A DNA stretch of 63,751 nt, filler included, from an uncultured bacterium (lineage in GTDB: Bacteria; DYJV01): the NCBI GenBank assembly GCA_964543655.1. It is 4 parts of 4 records of this genome, joined end to end, with 100 filler letters (N's around TTAATTAATTAA, not from the genome) between each part and the next. Parts side by side here need not be neighbours in the genome. Positions count along the whole stretch, not along the records: positions 21,180 to 47,646 come from CAZIZE010000039.1; positions 47,747 to 60,598 come from CAZIZE010000049.1; 2 more parts are not named here. The stretch is one strand, 5' to 3'. Below, one piece after another: positions 38,688 to 47,989 of this stretch; the first letter of the stretch is position 1, and each line of letters begins with the position of its first letter. A program made the translations under genes and the position numbers. The notes under the pieces are model-generated. The model was not told the DNA's origin and searched no databases. It saw nothing but the letters and a program-made list of their open reading frames with translations.

Positions 38688-38700
38688 ATTTACTTTACAA

Positions 38701-38731
38701 TATAAGCACTGAGTTTCCCTCAGTGCTTATA
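38701..38731. terminator. Intra-operon stem-loop after the binding-protein gene
   Basis: TATAAGCACTGAG-TTTCC-CTCAGTGCTTATA, perfect 13-bp stem. Confidence 0.65.
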
Positions 38732-38765
38732 GTATTTAATCAATGTGATATTCAAGGAGTACAGA

Positions 38766-39632
38766 ATGGATATAGTTATTTATGGTATTATCAATAGTTT
38801 TATATTGATTTTAATTGCTTTTGGTTTTACTCTTGTATATGGAGTTAGTAGATTGCCTAATTTTGCTCATGGAGCAATATATATTTTTACAGGTTATGTT
38901 TGCTGGATTATTGTTAATAAACTTTCCCTGCCTTTTGGAATAGCTGCTTTATTATCAATAATAGCTTCTGCACTTCTTGGAACTTTTATATACATATTCA
39001 TTTTAAAAAGAATACGGGGAATGGCAATGAATGAAATTATTGCCACTTATGCAATTGGTGTAGCAATAATAGAAATTTTCAGATGGTTAGGATTTAAAGG
39101 TTCAACTTATTCAATACCTGAATTAACTGATAAAACAATATTTATTGGAGATGTACCTATTGATATGCAAAGGATTCTAATAGTTTTAATTGGTGGCAGT
39201 GTGTTATTAATAGTATATTTATTTACCAAATACACTAAAATCGGCCTTGCAATGAGAGGAATAGCTCAGGATGAAAGAGCAGCTTTAATGCTTGGTATTA
39301 ATTCAAATTTAATTGGAACTGTTTCAATGGCTATTGGTTCAGCTCTTTGTGGGTTTGCAGCTCTTATGATATTGCCTCTTGGAAATGTTGTTGTTGAAGC
39401 AGGATACAATGCTCTTATTTATGCACTTGCTGTATGTATTATTGGTGGTATTGGAAGCTGGGCTGGCTCTATACTCGCTGCTTTTGTAATAGGGTTTATT
39501 CAAATTTTAACTGTTAGCTATTATGACCCAAAATTTCAGATGGTTTTTACACTTCTTGCAATTATTCTTACTTTAATAATTAAACCTTCAGGTTTTTTTG
39601 GAAAACAGAAAGAATTAGAAGAAAGGGTTTAG
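38766..39632 (+). CDS. LivH-type ABC permease
   Basis: GFTLVYGV...NFAHG, TKIGLAMR.IAQD..AA.MLGIN, IIGGIGS; start ATG 38766 behind AGGAG. Confidence 0.9.
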   Translation: MDIVIYGIINSFILILIAFGFTLVYGVSRLPNFAHGAIYIFTGYVCWIIVNKLSLPFGIAALLSIIASALLGTFIYIFILKRIRGMAMNEIIATYAIGVAIIEIFRWLGFKGSTYSIPELTDKTIFIGDVPIDMQRILIVLIGGSVLLIVYLFTKYTKIGLAMRGIAQDERAALMLGINSNLIGTVSMAIGSALCGFAALMILPLGNVVVEAGYNALIYALAVCIIGGIGSWAGSILAAFVIGFIQILTVSYYDPKFQMVFTLLAIILTLIIKPSGFFGKQKELEERV

Positions 39633-39634
39633 GT

Positions 39635-40642
39635 ATGTCTAAAAGGAAAGAAAGGATTGATAGAGGAATAAAGGTTCGTTCAGACACAATATATCTGTTA
39701 TCAAGCTGGCAGGAGATAATGTATCTACTTTTTCCAAGATTACTTGTTTTTTTCTTTTATTTAATTGTTCCATTAATACTATCTTTTTCACCATACTGGC
39801 AACAGGTTTTTATTATTATATGCATCTATGCTCTTATTTCAATCTCTTTTGATTTTTTAGCAAATTATATTGGGCTTGTATGCCTTGGCGGAGCTTTTTT
39901 TATAGGAGTTGGAGGATATTTTTCTGGAGTTATAAATACTTCATTGCATCTTTCTCCTTATTTATCAATTATTTTAGCTACTATATTAGGTTCTATTTTT
40001 TGCACAATACTATTAATTCCAACTCTACCTTTAAGAGGAGTATATTTTGCAATTATCACATTAATGTATCCACTTTTTATGACAAGATTGATTGAAGCAT
40101 TAAATATATTTGGTGGGACTAATGGAATGATAGGAATAGAAGGTTTTTCAAATACTTTCTTTGAAATTGCATTCCTTGTTACAGTTTCTTTAATTTTTCT
40201 TTTTGCTTTAAGAAGATTAACATTTGAAGATATAGGAGTAGTGATTAAGGCAGTGAAAGATAATGACCAGTCTGTTAAAGCATCAGGAATTAATCCCACT
40301 AAAATAAGAATAATAGCTGTTTTTCTTGCGTCAATAATAGGTTGTTTTGCTGGAGCGTTTTTAACACATCTCTATATGTGGGCTGGGCTTTCTCTTTTTG
40401 CACTTGATTTTTCAATAATTCCAATAACAGCAGTGGTTATTGGTGGAGGCGGTTCCCTGTTTGGTGCTTTGCTTGGGTCTGTGATAATTGTTCCATTATC
40501 AGAGTTTTTAAGAGATTTTGGAGCATTAAGAATAGCAATTTACTCTATTATTTTAACATTAGTAATAGTTTTTAAAAGTGAAGGTTTGCTTAATTATTTA
40601 AATAGAAAATATAATCAATTTGAAAGATGGAAAAAAGTTTAG
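39635..40642 (+). CDS. LivM-type ABC permease
   Basis: LRGVYFAIITL, GGTNG, VIGGGGSLFG. Confidence 0.9.
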   Translation: MSKRKERIDRGIKVRSDTIYLLSSWQEIMYLLFPRLLVFFFYLIVPLILSFSPYWQQVFIIICIYALISISFDFLANYIGLVCLGGAFFIGVGGYFSGVINTSLHLSPYLSIILATILGSIFCTILLIPTLPLRGVYFAIITLMYPLFMTRLIEALNIFGGTNGMIGIEGFSNTFFEIAFLVTVSLIFLFALRRLTFEDIGVVIKAVKDNDQSVKASGINPTKIRIIAVFLASIIGCFAGAFLTHLYMWAGLSLFALDFSIIPITAVVIGGGGSLFGALLGSVIIVPLSEFLRDFGALRIAIYSIILTLVIVFKSEGLLNYLNRKYNQFERWKKV

Positions 40643-40654
40643 TCAGGGGAAGCA

Positions 40655-41425
40655 ATGGATGATATATTGATAATTGAAAATATTACAAAAAGGTTTGGTG
40701 GTGTTGTAGCATTAAACAACATTAGTTTTAAAGTAAAAAAAGGAGAGGTAATGGGGATAATTGGGCCAAATGGTTCAGGTAAAACAACTCTTATTAACTG
40801 CATTACTGGATTCTTAAAACCAAGTAGCGGCAAAATCATTTTTAATGGTAAAAATATTACAGGTATGGCTCCCCATAAAATTGTAAACATAGGTATTGCA
40901 AGGACTTTTCAAATAATGAGACCTTATTATAGTATGCCTGCATATAAAAATCTTATTATACCTCTTATGTCAAAAAGAGTTAAAGAAAAAGGAGGTTGGA
41001 GGGGCATTACAAAACATGGTGACAGAGATACAGTTGCAATAGATGTTCTTGAAGAATTAGGTTTTGAAAGAGATGCAAGAGTTCCTTACAAATTAGCAGG
41101 AACTCTTCCTACAGGTTACTTAAAGAGGTTGGAGCTTGGCAGGGCACTCTGCTTAAATCCTGAAATATTAATATGTGATGAAATATTTTCTGGATTAACA
41201 TCAAGTGAAATTGCATCTATTGTACCAACCATAAGGAAGTTAAATAATGCTGGCATTACAATGATAATGATAGAGCATAGACTAAAAGAACTTTTTGAAG
41301 TTGCTAAAAGAATAATAGCACTTAGTTATGGAGATAAAATTGCAGAAGGCTCTCCAGAAAAAGTAATTGCAAATGAAAAAGTTAAACAAGCTTATCTTGG
41401 GGTTGAAGAGGTGAATAATGATTGA
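40655..41425 (+). CDS. LivG-type ABC ATPase
   Basis: KRFGGVVAL, GPNGSGKTT, GIARTFQ, IEH, AYLG. Confidence 0.92.
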   Translation: MDDILIIENITKRFGGVVALNNISFKVKKGEVMGIIGPNGSGKTTLINCITGFLKPSSGKIIFNGKNITGMAPHKIVNIGIARTFQIMRPYYSMPAYKNLIIPLMSKRVKEKGGWRGITKHGDRDTVAIDVLEELGFERDARVPYKLAGTLPTGYLKRLELGRALCLNPEILICDEIFSGLTSSEIASIVPTIRKLNNAGITMIMIEHRLKELFEVAKRIIALSYGDKIAEGSPEKVIANEKVKQAYLGVEEVNND

Positions 41426-42167
41426 AACTAAAGAATTAATGGTGTTTTATGAAAATATGCTTGCTATTAATAATGTTTCATTAAAATGTATGAAAAATCA
41501 AATAGTTGGTGTTTTTGGAGCTAATAGTGCTGGAAAATCTACATTAATGTATGCATTATCAGGAATAATACTGGATATTGCTTATAAAGAAAAAATGCGT
41601 GGTGGAGAAAGAATAACAGTTTTAGGTGATATTATTTTTGAAGAAAAAAAGATTAATAATATAGAACCTTATGAAAGAGCAAAAATGGGGATTATATTAT
41701 GTCCAGAGAGAAGAAGATTATTTATAGAGTCAAATGTTTTAGAGAATTTTAAAATAGGTGCTTTTCTATCCAATAAAAAGCAGGAAAAGAAAACTCTTGA
41801 TTATATTTTAAAAATTTTTCCAGATTTAAAAAGATTTTTAAAAAGACCTGCTGGTTTTTTAAGTGGTGGAGAGCAGCAGATGGTTGCAATTGGTAGAGCT
41901 TTAATGGCTCAACCAAAACTGCTTTTATTAGATGAGCCTTTACTTGGGTTAAGCCCTGCTTATCAGAAAAAAGTTGTAGAATCAATTGTCACAATTAACC
42001 AAGAAATGAATATAACTGTTATTGTTTCAGAACAATTTGCAAGACCTCTTATACCAATTGTGGATTATGCGTATATTATAGAAAATGGCTCAATAGTTCT
42101 TTCAGGAGAAAAAGAAGAGTTAATTAATAACCCTGACGTAAAATCAGCATATTTTGGAGTTGATTAA
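41418..42167 (+). CDS. LivF-type ABC ATPase
   Basis: GANSAGKST, LSGGEQQMVAIGRALM, LDEPLLGL. Confidence 0.92.
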   Translation: MIETKELMVFYENMLAINNVSLKCMKNQIVGVFGANSAGKSTLMYALSGIILDIAYKEKMRGGERITVLGDIIFEEKKINNIEPYERAKMGIILCPERRRLFIESNVLENFKIGAFLSNKKQEKKTLDYILKIFPDLKRFLKRPAGFLSGGEQQMVAIGRALMAQPKLLLLDEPLLGLSPAYQKKVVESIVTINQEMNITVIVSEQFARPLIPIVDYAYIIENGSIVLSGEKEELINNPDVKSAYFGVD

Positions 42168-42190
42168 TATAATTTTATAGGAGTTTTAAA

Positions 42191-43819
42191 TTGAAATCAG
42201 AATTTACTTTTTCCAGATTTGAAGAAAATGTTGAAAAATATCCAGAAAATATTGCTCTTATATATCTTGGAGAAAAATTTACTTACAAATACTTAAAAGA
42301 CTTAATTGATAGGTTTGCAACAGCACTTTATGAATATGGAGTAAGAAAACAAGATAAAGTAATTATTTATCTTAGCAATTCTCCCCAATGGTTAATTGCA
42401 AATTTTGCAATTCAAAAAATCGGAGCTGTTGTTGTGCCAGTGTCTCCAATTTATACTTCTGAAGAAGTTAAATACATGGTAAAAGATGCTAATGTAAAAA
42501 CTATTATTTGTCATGACACAAATTTTGGCTATATAGATGCTGTTGATAAAGAAGTAAATTTCAAAAATATAATAGTAACCAATCTTGTAGATTTACTTCC
42601 AAAATGGAAAAAAATAATTGGATTTTTATTTGACAGAGTTCCAAAAGGAAATGTTCCTAAGAAAAGTAATATTTTGTTGTTCAATGAATTATTAAATAAA
42701 TTTTCACCATCTCCACCTAATATCTCTATTGATCCATTCAAGGATCTTGCATACATTATGTACACAGGAGGCACAACTGGTTTTCCTAAAGGTGTTCCTG
42801 GGTCTCATATGACTGAAGTATCTTATATCTCAGATATTATGGAACTGTTTAAAGAGCATATTTTTGAAGGAAAAGATAAAATTATTATGATAAATCCTCT
42901 TTTTCATATTATGGCAAAAGGATTTTGCATTATCACAGGTTTTAATTTTGGAAATACAATTATTTTAATGCCAATACCTGTTGTAGATGCAATTATGAAA
43001 GAAATTGAAAGATATAAAATTAGATGGATGCTTGGAGTGCCAGCTTTATATAGAATGATTTTAGAAAATGACAGACTTGAATCTTATAATCTTACCTCAT
43101 TAAAATATTGTTTTTGTGGAGGAGATGTTTTGCCAGATGAAATTTTTAGAAGATGGCAGGAAGTAACAGGTAATCCAATTTATCAGGTTTATGGTTCAAC
43201 AGAGGTGGGTCATTTAACATATAGCCCTCTTAATAAACCTCCTTCTCCTAAAACTGTTGGAGTTGTTTTAAAAAGCAGAAAAATTAAAATTGTTAATCCT
43301 GATACATTAAAAGATGTTCAAAAAGGGGAAGTTGGAGAATTATTAGTTTCTTCTAAATATCTACTTAATTATTACTGGAATAAACCAGATGAAACTCAAT
43401 ATTCTTATGTTGAAATTGATGGAGAAATATTTTACAGAATGGGTGATTTTTGTAAAATTACAGAAAATGAAGAAATTCAGTTTGTTGAAAGAACTGCAGA
43501 TATTATAAAGTATAAGGCATATAGAATAAGCGCTTCTGAAATAGAAGCAGTGCTTCAAGATCATCATGCTGTTATGGGAGCATGTGTTGTGGGAGTTCCT
43601 GATGAGCGTGTTGGAGAAAGGATAAAGGCAATTGTTGTTTTAAAAGAAGATGCTAAAGGAGTAGATGGAAAAGAACTAATTGAATGGTGCAGAAAAAAGC
43701 TTGCGCCTTATAAAATTCCAAAATATATTGAGTTTAGAGATATGTTACCAAAATCTAAAGTTGGAAAATTATTGAGAAGAGAAGTAAGAGATGAAGAAAT
43801 TAGAAAGTTGAAAAAATAA
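42191..43819 (+). CDS. Acyl-CoA synthetase (long-chain fatty acid-CoA ligase family)
   Basis: YTGGTTGFPKG, YGSTE, FYRMGD, LPKSKVGKLLRR. Confidence 0.92.
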   Translation: MKSEFTFSRFEENVEKYPENIALIYLGEKFTYKYLKDLIDRFATALYEYGVRKQDKVIIYLSNSPQWLIANFAIQKIGAVVVPVSPIYTSEEVKYMVKDANVKTIICHDTNFGYIDAVDKEVNFKNIIVTNLVDLLPKWKKIIGFLFDRVPKGNVPKKSNILLFNELLNKFSPSPPNISIDPFKDLAYIMYTGGTTGFPKGVPGSHMTEVSYISDIMELFKEHIFEGKDKIIMINPLFHIMAKGFCIITGFNFGNTIILMPIPVVDAIMKEIERYKIRWMLGVPALYRMILENDRLESYNLTSLKYCFCGGDVLPDEIFRRWQEVTGNPIYQVYGSTEVGHLTYSPLNKPPSPKTVGVVLKSRKIKIVNPDTLKDVQKGEVGELLVSSKYLLNYYWNKPDETQYSYVEIDGEIFYRMGDFCKITENEEIQFVERTADIIKYKAYRISASEIEAVLQDHHAVMGACVVGVPDERVGERIKAIVVLKEDAKGVDGKELIEWCRKKLAPYKIPKYIEFRDMLPKSKVGKLLRREVRDEEIRKLKK

Positions 43820-43825
43820 AATAAC

Positions 43826-45280
43826 ATGTTAAAAGATTTTCTTCTGCAACATAGAGAAAGTATTATTAAGAGATGGATACATCTTTTAAAAACCGAAATC
43901 AGCTCTCGTTATAAAACCCGTCCTATTGAAGAACTACAACAAACTGTTTCTCTTGCATTCCAGGGCAATTATGAAGTAATTGTTAACAATAACTGGCAAC
44001 CTTTTAACGATTTTATTAAATTTATTACAAAACTGAGGTTAGAGAGAGGATTTACTTTGTCAGAAGTTCAAAGAGCATTTGGCTTATTCAGGATAATTAT
44101 GATTGATATGTTGCCAATGGAATTTGAAGGAGAAGAATTAAAGGAAGCACTGAAAAAAGTTAATTTCTCCGTTGATATTACAATAAATGAATTTAGTGAA
44201 TATTTTCAAAAAAAACATGATGAAGACATGTCTGAAATGCTTAAATTTCTTGAAACAAAAGTTAAAGAAAGAACAGAAGAGCTTAAAAATTCAGAACAAA
44301 GATATAAAACTCTTGTAGAAGATATAAATGATGGATATTTTGTAGGGAAAAATGGAAAGATAATTTTTGCTAACAATGCATTATGTAAAATGTTTGAATA
44401 TGAAAAAGAAGAAATTATTAATATGCCTTATTCTGATCTTATAAAAATAGATAAAGAAACCAATGAAACCTTTGAAACCATTGGTATTAAAAAAAGTGGT
44501 GAGCATTTTCCAGTGGAGATTAAATCAACACAGATTATATATGGCAATGAAGTAGCTTCAGCAGGAATTTGCAGAGATATAACAGAAAGGCAAAAAAGTG
44601 AAGAAAATGAAAAACTTGCAATTATTGGTAGATTATCCACTGCTTTTGCACATGAAATTAGAAATTCTTTATCTTCCATTAAGATTAATATGCATGTTTT
44701 AAAAGATAAAATATCATTAAATGAAATTGATAAAAAAAGAGTAAATTTAATTTTCAGAGACATTGAAAAATTAGATAAAATTTTAAAAGATACTTTTTAT
44801 TTTGTAAAACCTATTGAATTAAATCTTGTAAAAATAAACTTAAATACTTTTATTCAAGAATTTATAAAAAATTTTAATTTATTTTTTAATAATTTAAATG
44901 TTAATATTATTATAGAGCTTGATAAAAATATTTTAGAAGTTTATTTAGATAAAGAAAAAATGGAAATGGTTTTTACCAACATATTATACAATTCACTTGA
45001 TGCTTTAAAAAATAAAAAAGAGGATAAATTAATAAAAATAACAACTATATATTTAAAAAAACAAAAGGAGTATTTAATAGAAATATGGGATAATGGCACA
45101 GGTATAGAAGAAAATTGTTTAAATGAAATTTTTAAACCTTTTTTTACAACCAAATCAAATGGAATGGGATTAGGTTTGGCAAATGTTGAAAAAATAATAA
45201 ATTTACATAAAGGAAGAATTGAGATAGATAGTAAAATAAATAGATATACAAAATTCAGGATTTATATTCCATGTCAATAA
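43826..45280 (+). CDS. Cytoplasmic sensor histidine kinase with RsbR-N-like, PAS and HisKA/HATPase domains
   Basis: N-terminal II.RW...RL.RGFTLSEV helical domain; AHEIRNSL; DNGTGI, PFFTTK..GMGLGL. Confidence 0.85.
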   Translation: MLKDFLLQHRESIIKRWIHLLKTEISSRYKTRPIEELQQTVSLAFQGNYEVIVNNNWQPFNDFIKFITKLRLERGFTLSEVQRAFGLFRIIMIDMLPMEFEGEELKEALKKVNFSVDITINEFSEYFQKKHDEDMSEMLKFLETKVKERTEELKNSEQRYKTLVEDINDGYFVGKNGKIIFANNALCKMFEYEKEEIINMPYSDLIKIDKETNETFETIGIKKSGEHFPVEIKSTQIIYGNEVASAGICRDITERQKSEENEKLAIIGRLSTAFAHEIRNSLSSIKINMHVLKDKISLNEIDKKRVNLIFRDIEKLDKILKDTFYFVKPIELNLVKINLNTFIQEFIKNFNLFFNNLNVNIIIELDKNILEVYLDKEKMEMVFTNILYNSLDALKNKKEDKLIKITTIYLKKQKEYLIEIWDNGTGIEENCLNEIFKPFFTTKSNGMGLGLANVEKIINLHKGRIEIDSKINRYTKFRIYIPCQ

Positions 45281-46608
45281 AAAAAAGAGTACTTATAATA
45301 GACGATAATGAAGAACTTTTAGAAAGCCTTGAACTTTATTTTCTTGAAAAAGATTATATTGTTTATAAAGCTCAAAATGGAGAGCAAGGATTAAAAGAAT
45401 TATTCAGTAAAAAACCAGAAGTTGCAATAGTTGATATTAGACTGCCAGACATTGATGGAATTACTATCTTAAAAAAAATAAGAGATAAAAATATTTCTAC
45501 AAAAATCATTATAATTACTGCTTTTCAAGATATGGAAACAACCATTAATGCCATTAAATTAGGAGCTTATGAATATATACATAAACCAATAGATATTGAA
45601 GAATTAGACAGAACAGTAGAGAATGCAATTTATGAAAAAGAAGAAGTCCAATATCTTGAAGTAAAAGATGAATATTTTAGAGAAAACACTATAATTGGCA
45701 AATCAAAGTCAATGAAAGAGATTTTTAAACTTATTGGTCTACTTTCTGAAGTAAAAACTACAGTGCTTATAACAGGTGAAAGTGGCACAGGTAAGGAGCT
45801 AATAGCCAGAGCAATACATTTTCATGGTAAATATGCATCAGAACCTTTTATAGGTATTAATTGCTCTGCAATAGTTGAAAATCTCTGGGAAAGTGAATTA
45901 TTTGGACATGAAAAGGGAAGTTTTTCTGGAGCAATTAAAGAAAAAATAGGCAAATTAGAATTAGCTAAAAATGGCACAATTTTTCTTGATGAAATAGCAG
46001 AGATACCATTAACTTTACAAGCTAAACTACTTAGAGTTATTCAAGAAAAAGAATTTGAAAGAGTGGGAGGCAATAAGAAACTTAGACTTAATGCAAGGAT
46101 TATTGCCGCAACAAATAGGGATATTGAAAAAATGGTTAAAAATAAATTTTTTAGAAAAGATCTATTGTACAGATTAAAAGTTTTTGAAATAAAAGTTCCT
46201 CCTTTAAGAGAGAGGAAAGAAGATATACCTATACTTGTAAATTATCTTGTTAATAAAATAAATAAAGAAATTGGTAAAAAAATTAAAAGAATCCCTATTG
46301 ATATTATTCACATGTTTAAACAATACTCATGGCCAGGCAATATTAGAGAGTTGGAAAATGTTTTAACAAGAGCAATGATTCTTTCAAAAGATGATACACT
46401 TGATATAAATTGTGTTTCTAATTTATTATATTTTGACAAAAAAATTTTCACTAATTGTGCCAATTTTAAAACTCTTGAAGAAGTAGAACGAGAATATATT
46501 GAAAAAATTTTACATAATACAGGTTTTAATATTTCAAAATCTGCTAAAATATTGGGGATTACCAGACCTACTTTAAGAAAAAAAATAAAGCAGTGGAATA
46601 TAATATGA
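45271..46608 (+). CDS. NtrC-family sigma-54 response regulator
   Basis: Receiver DIRLPD; GESGTGKE; ELFGHEKGSFSGA; WPGNIRELEN; Fis HTH. Confidence 0.93.
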   Translation: MSIKKRVLIIDDNEELLESLELYFLEKDYIVYKAQNGEQGLKELFSKKPEVAIVDIRLPDIDGITILKKIRDKNISTKIIIITAFQDMETTINAIKLGAYEYIHKPIDIEELDRTVENAIYEKEEVQYLEVKDEYFRENTIIGKSKSMKEIFKLIGLLSEVKTTVLITGESGTGKELIARAIHFHGKYASEPFIGINCSAIVENLWESELFGHEKGSFSGAIKEKIGKLELAKNGTIFLDEIAEIPLTLQAKLLRVIQEKEFERVGGNKKLRLNARIIAATNRDIEKMVKNKFFRKDLLYRLKVFEIKVPPLRERKEDIPILVNYLVNKINKEIGKKIKRIPIDIIHMFKQYSWPGNIRELENVLTRAMILSKDDTLDINCVSNLLYFDKKIFTNCANFKTLEEVEREYIEKILHNTGFNISKSAKILGITRPTLRKKIKQWNII

Positions 46609-46751
46609 TACAAAACAAATTTAAAATACGATATAAACTTTATTAAAAGGCTTTATATTTGCAATAATATGTTTTTCATTTTTTATTAACTATTTACTTA
46701 TTTTTTTGTTATATATTTTATTTAATTTAGAAAAACAAGGTATAATAAAAA

Positions 46752-47183
46752 ATGCCATCATTAAATCTTTATATGTGCAATAAATGTATGTTTATTATAT
46801 GTCCTCTTGGTTGGGGTGGTTATTTTTATGTGATTGATGATTCAGGTAATAGAATACCTTGCCCTCATCCTGGTGAAGAAAATAAAGTTAAAGAAATTCT
46901 TGGTAGATGGGTTACTAAACGAAAAAGAAAAGAAAGAACAGGATTTAATTCTTATTGTATTTGTCTTGAATGTCTTGAAAAATTTGAACTTGATATTGGT
47001 GATGAAGAAGAAAACAAAAATTCTTGGCGATATCATTATAATGCATTAATAAAAAGAGATGAACGAAAATGTCCTAAATGTGGTTCTTTTAATGTAAAAA
47101 CAGCTTTTGAACTGATTGACAAAACATGTCCAAAATGTAAAGAAGGAATAATAAAAGAACATGATCCTGGATTTATAACTTGA
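46752..47183 (+). CDS. Hypothetical multi-CxxC zinc-ribbon-like protein
   Basis: CNKC, CPHP, CLEC, CPKC twice in 143 aa. Confidence 0.7.
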   Translation: MPSLNLYMCNKCMFIICPLGWGGYFYVIDDSGNRIPCPHPGEENKVKEILGRWVTKRKRKERTGFNSYCICLECLEKFELDIGDEEENKNSWRYHYNALIKRDERKCPKCGSFNVKTAFELIDKTCPKCKEGIIKEHDPGFIT

Positions 47184-47500
47184 GTTATGAAGTCTATAAA
47201 ATAAAAATTGATTTATCTGATAATTATCTGGTAACACTATTTGGCAAAAGAAAAATAGAGTTAAATTGTTGAAATTTGAATAAAATTTTTAATGATATAA
47301 TTTACCTGTCCTTTTTTTCTTTTTTTTATATCTAAATATCATAAAATTCGTATTTTTAACATTCCTATTTTTGGGGGTAGGGGGCATGGGTTTTCTTCTC
47401 ATTCCAGAATAGGAAAAAGAGAGATTTTTATTTTTCCTGCTTTCTTCCTTGTGCTGACGAGTTGGAAGGACATTTTGAAAAATTTTGAAAGAGCCGTCAA

Positions 47501-47644
47501 TTAGCGGAGCCATTTTAAAATCTCTTTAAGTTCAGCTATTCTTTTTTTGTTAAGGTCAGTATCTGTAAAATATATTTCATAAAATTTAGAAACAAATTTT
47601 TCTGCCTGAAATTTAAGCTCACTATCATCTATTCTATCAATTAA
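47501..47644 (-). CDS. 3' end of a CDS truncated by the contig end (DUF4129-like helical C-terminus)
   Basis: Open frame LIDRIDDSELKFQAEKFVSKFYEIYFTDTDLNKKRIAELKEILKWLR* running from the linker. Confidence 0.45.
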   Translation of the reverse strand, partial: LIDRIDDSELKFQAEKFVSKFYEIYFTDTDLNKKRIAELKEILKWLR

Positions 47645-47646
47645 CT

Positions 47647-47746
47647 NNNNNNNNNNNNNNNNNNNNNNNNNNNNNNNNNNNNNNNNNNNNTTAATTAATT
47701 AANNNNNNNNNNNNNNNNNNNNNNNNNNNNNNNNNNNNNNNNNNNN
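47647..47746. other. Artificial contig linker
   Basis: N-run, TTAATTAATTAA, N-run. Confidence 0.98.
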
Positions 47747-47849
47747 AGCATTAACCGGTAAAATCTGTTGCTTTATAAATTTTGATAATTTTTATTGGGA
47801 AAGAGCATAGGGGAAAGAGTTGTACAGACATTAAAACAATTATTTTTAA

Positions 47850-47925
47850 TCGGGGCAGAGGGATTTGAACCCCCGACCCCCTGCTCCCAAGGCAGGTGCG
47901 CTAAACCAGACTGCGCTATGCCCCG
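47850..47925 (-). tRNA. tRNA-Pro(TGG)
   Basis: CGGGGCA acceptor stem pairing with TGCCCCG, anticodon arm CCTGC-CTTGGGA-GCAGG, GGTTCAAATCC T-loop; CCA not encoded; TTGACA promoter at 47960-47965 (- strand). Confidence 0.97.
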
Positions 47926-47989
47926 AATGGAGACGCCTAATAATATTTTTTTCTACAATTGTCAAGGGAAAATTAAAATTTTTTTAATA

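Noticed and set aside
47289..47513. 74-aa minus-strand ORF
   Set aside because: No RBS or recognisable motif; overlaps the end of another frame and low-complexity DNA
47747..47925. tRNA-Pro as integration site of an island
   Set aside because: No integrase and no duplicated tRNA 3' end visible; contig ends about 100 nt downstream so it cannot be tested
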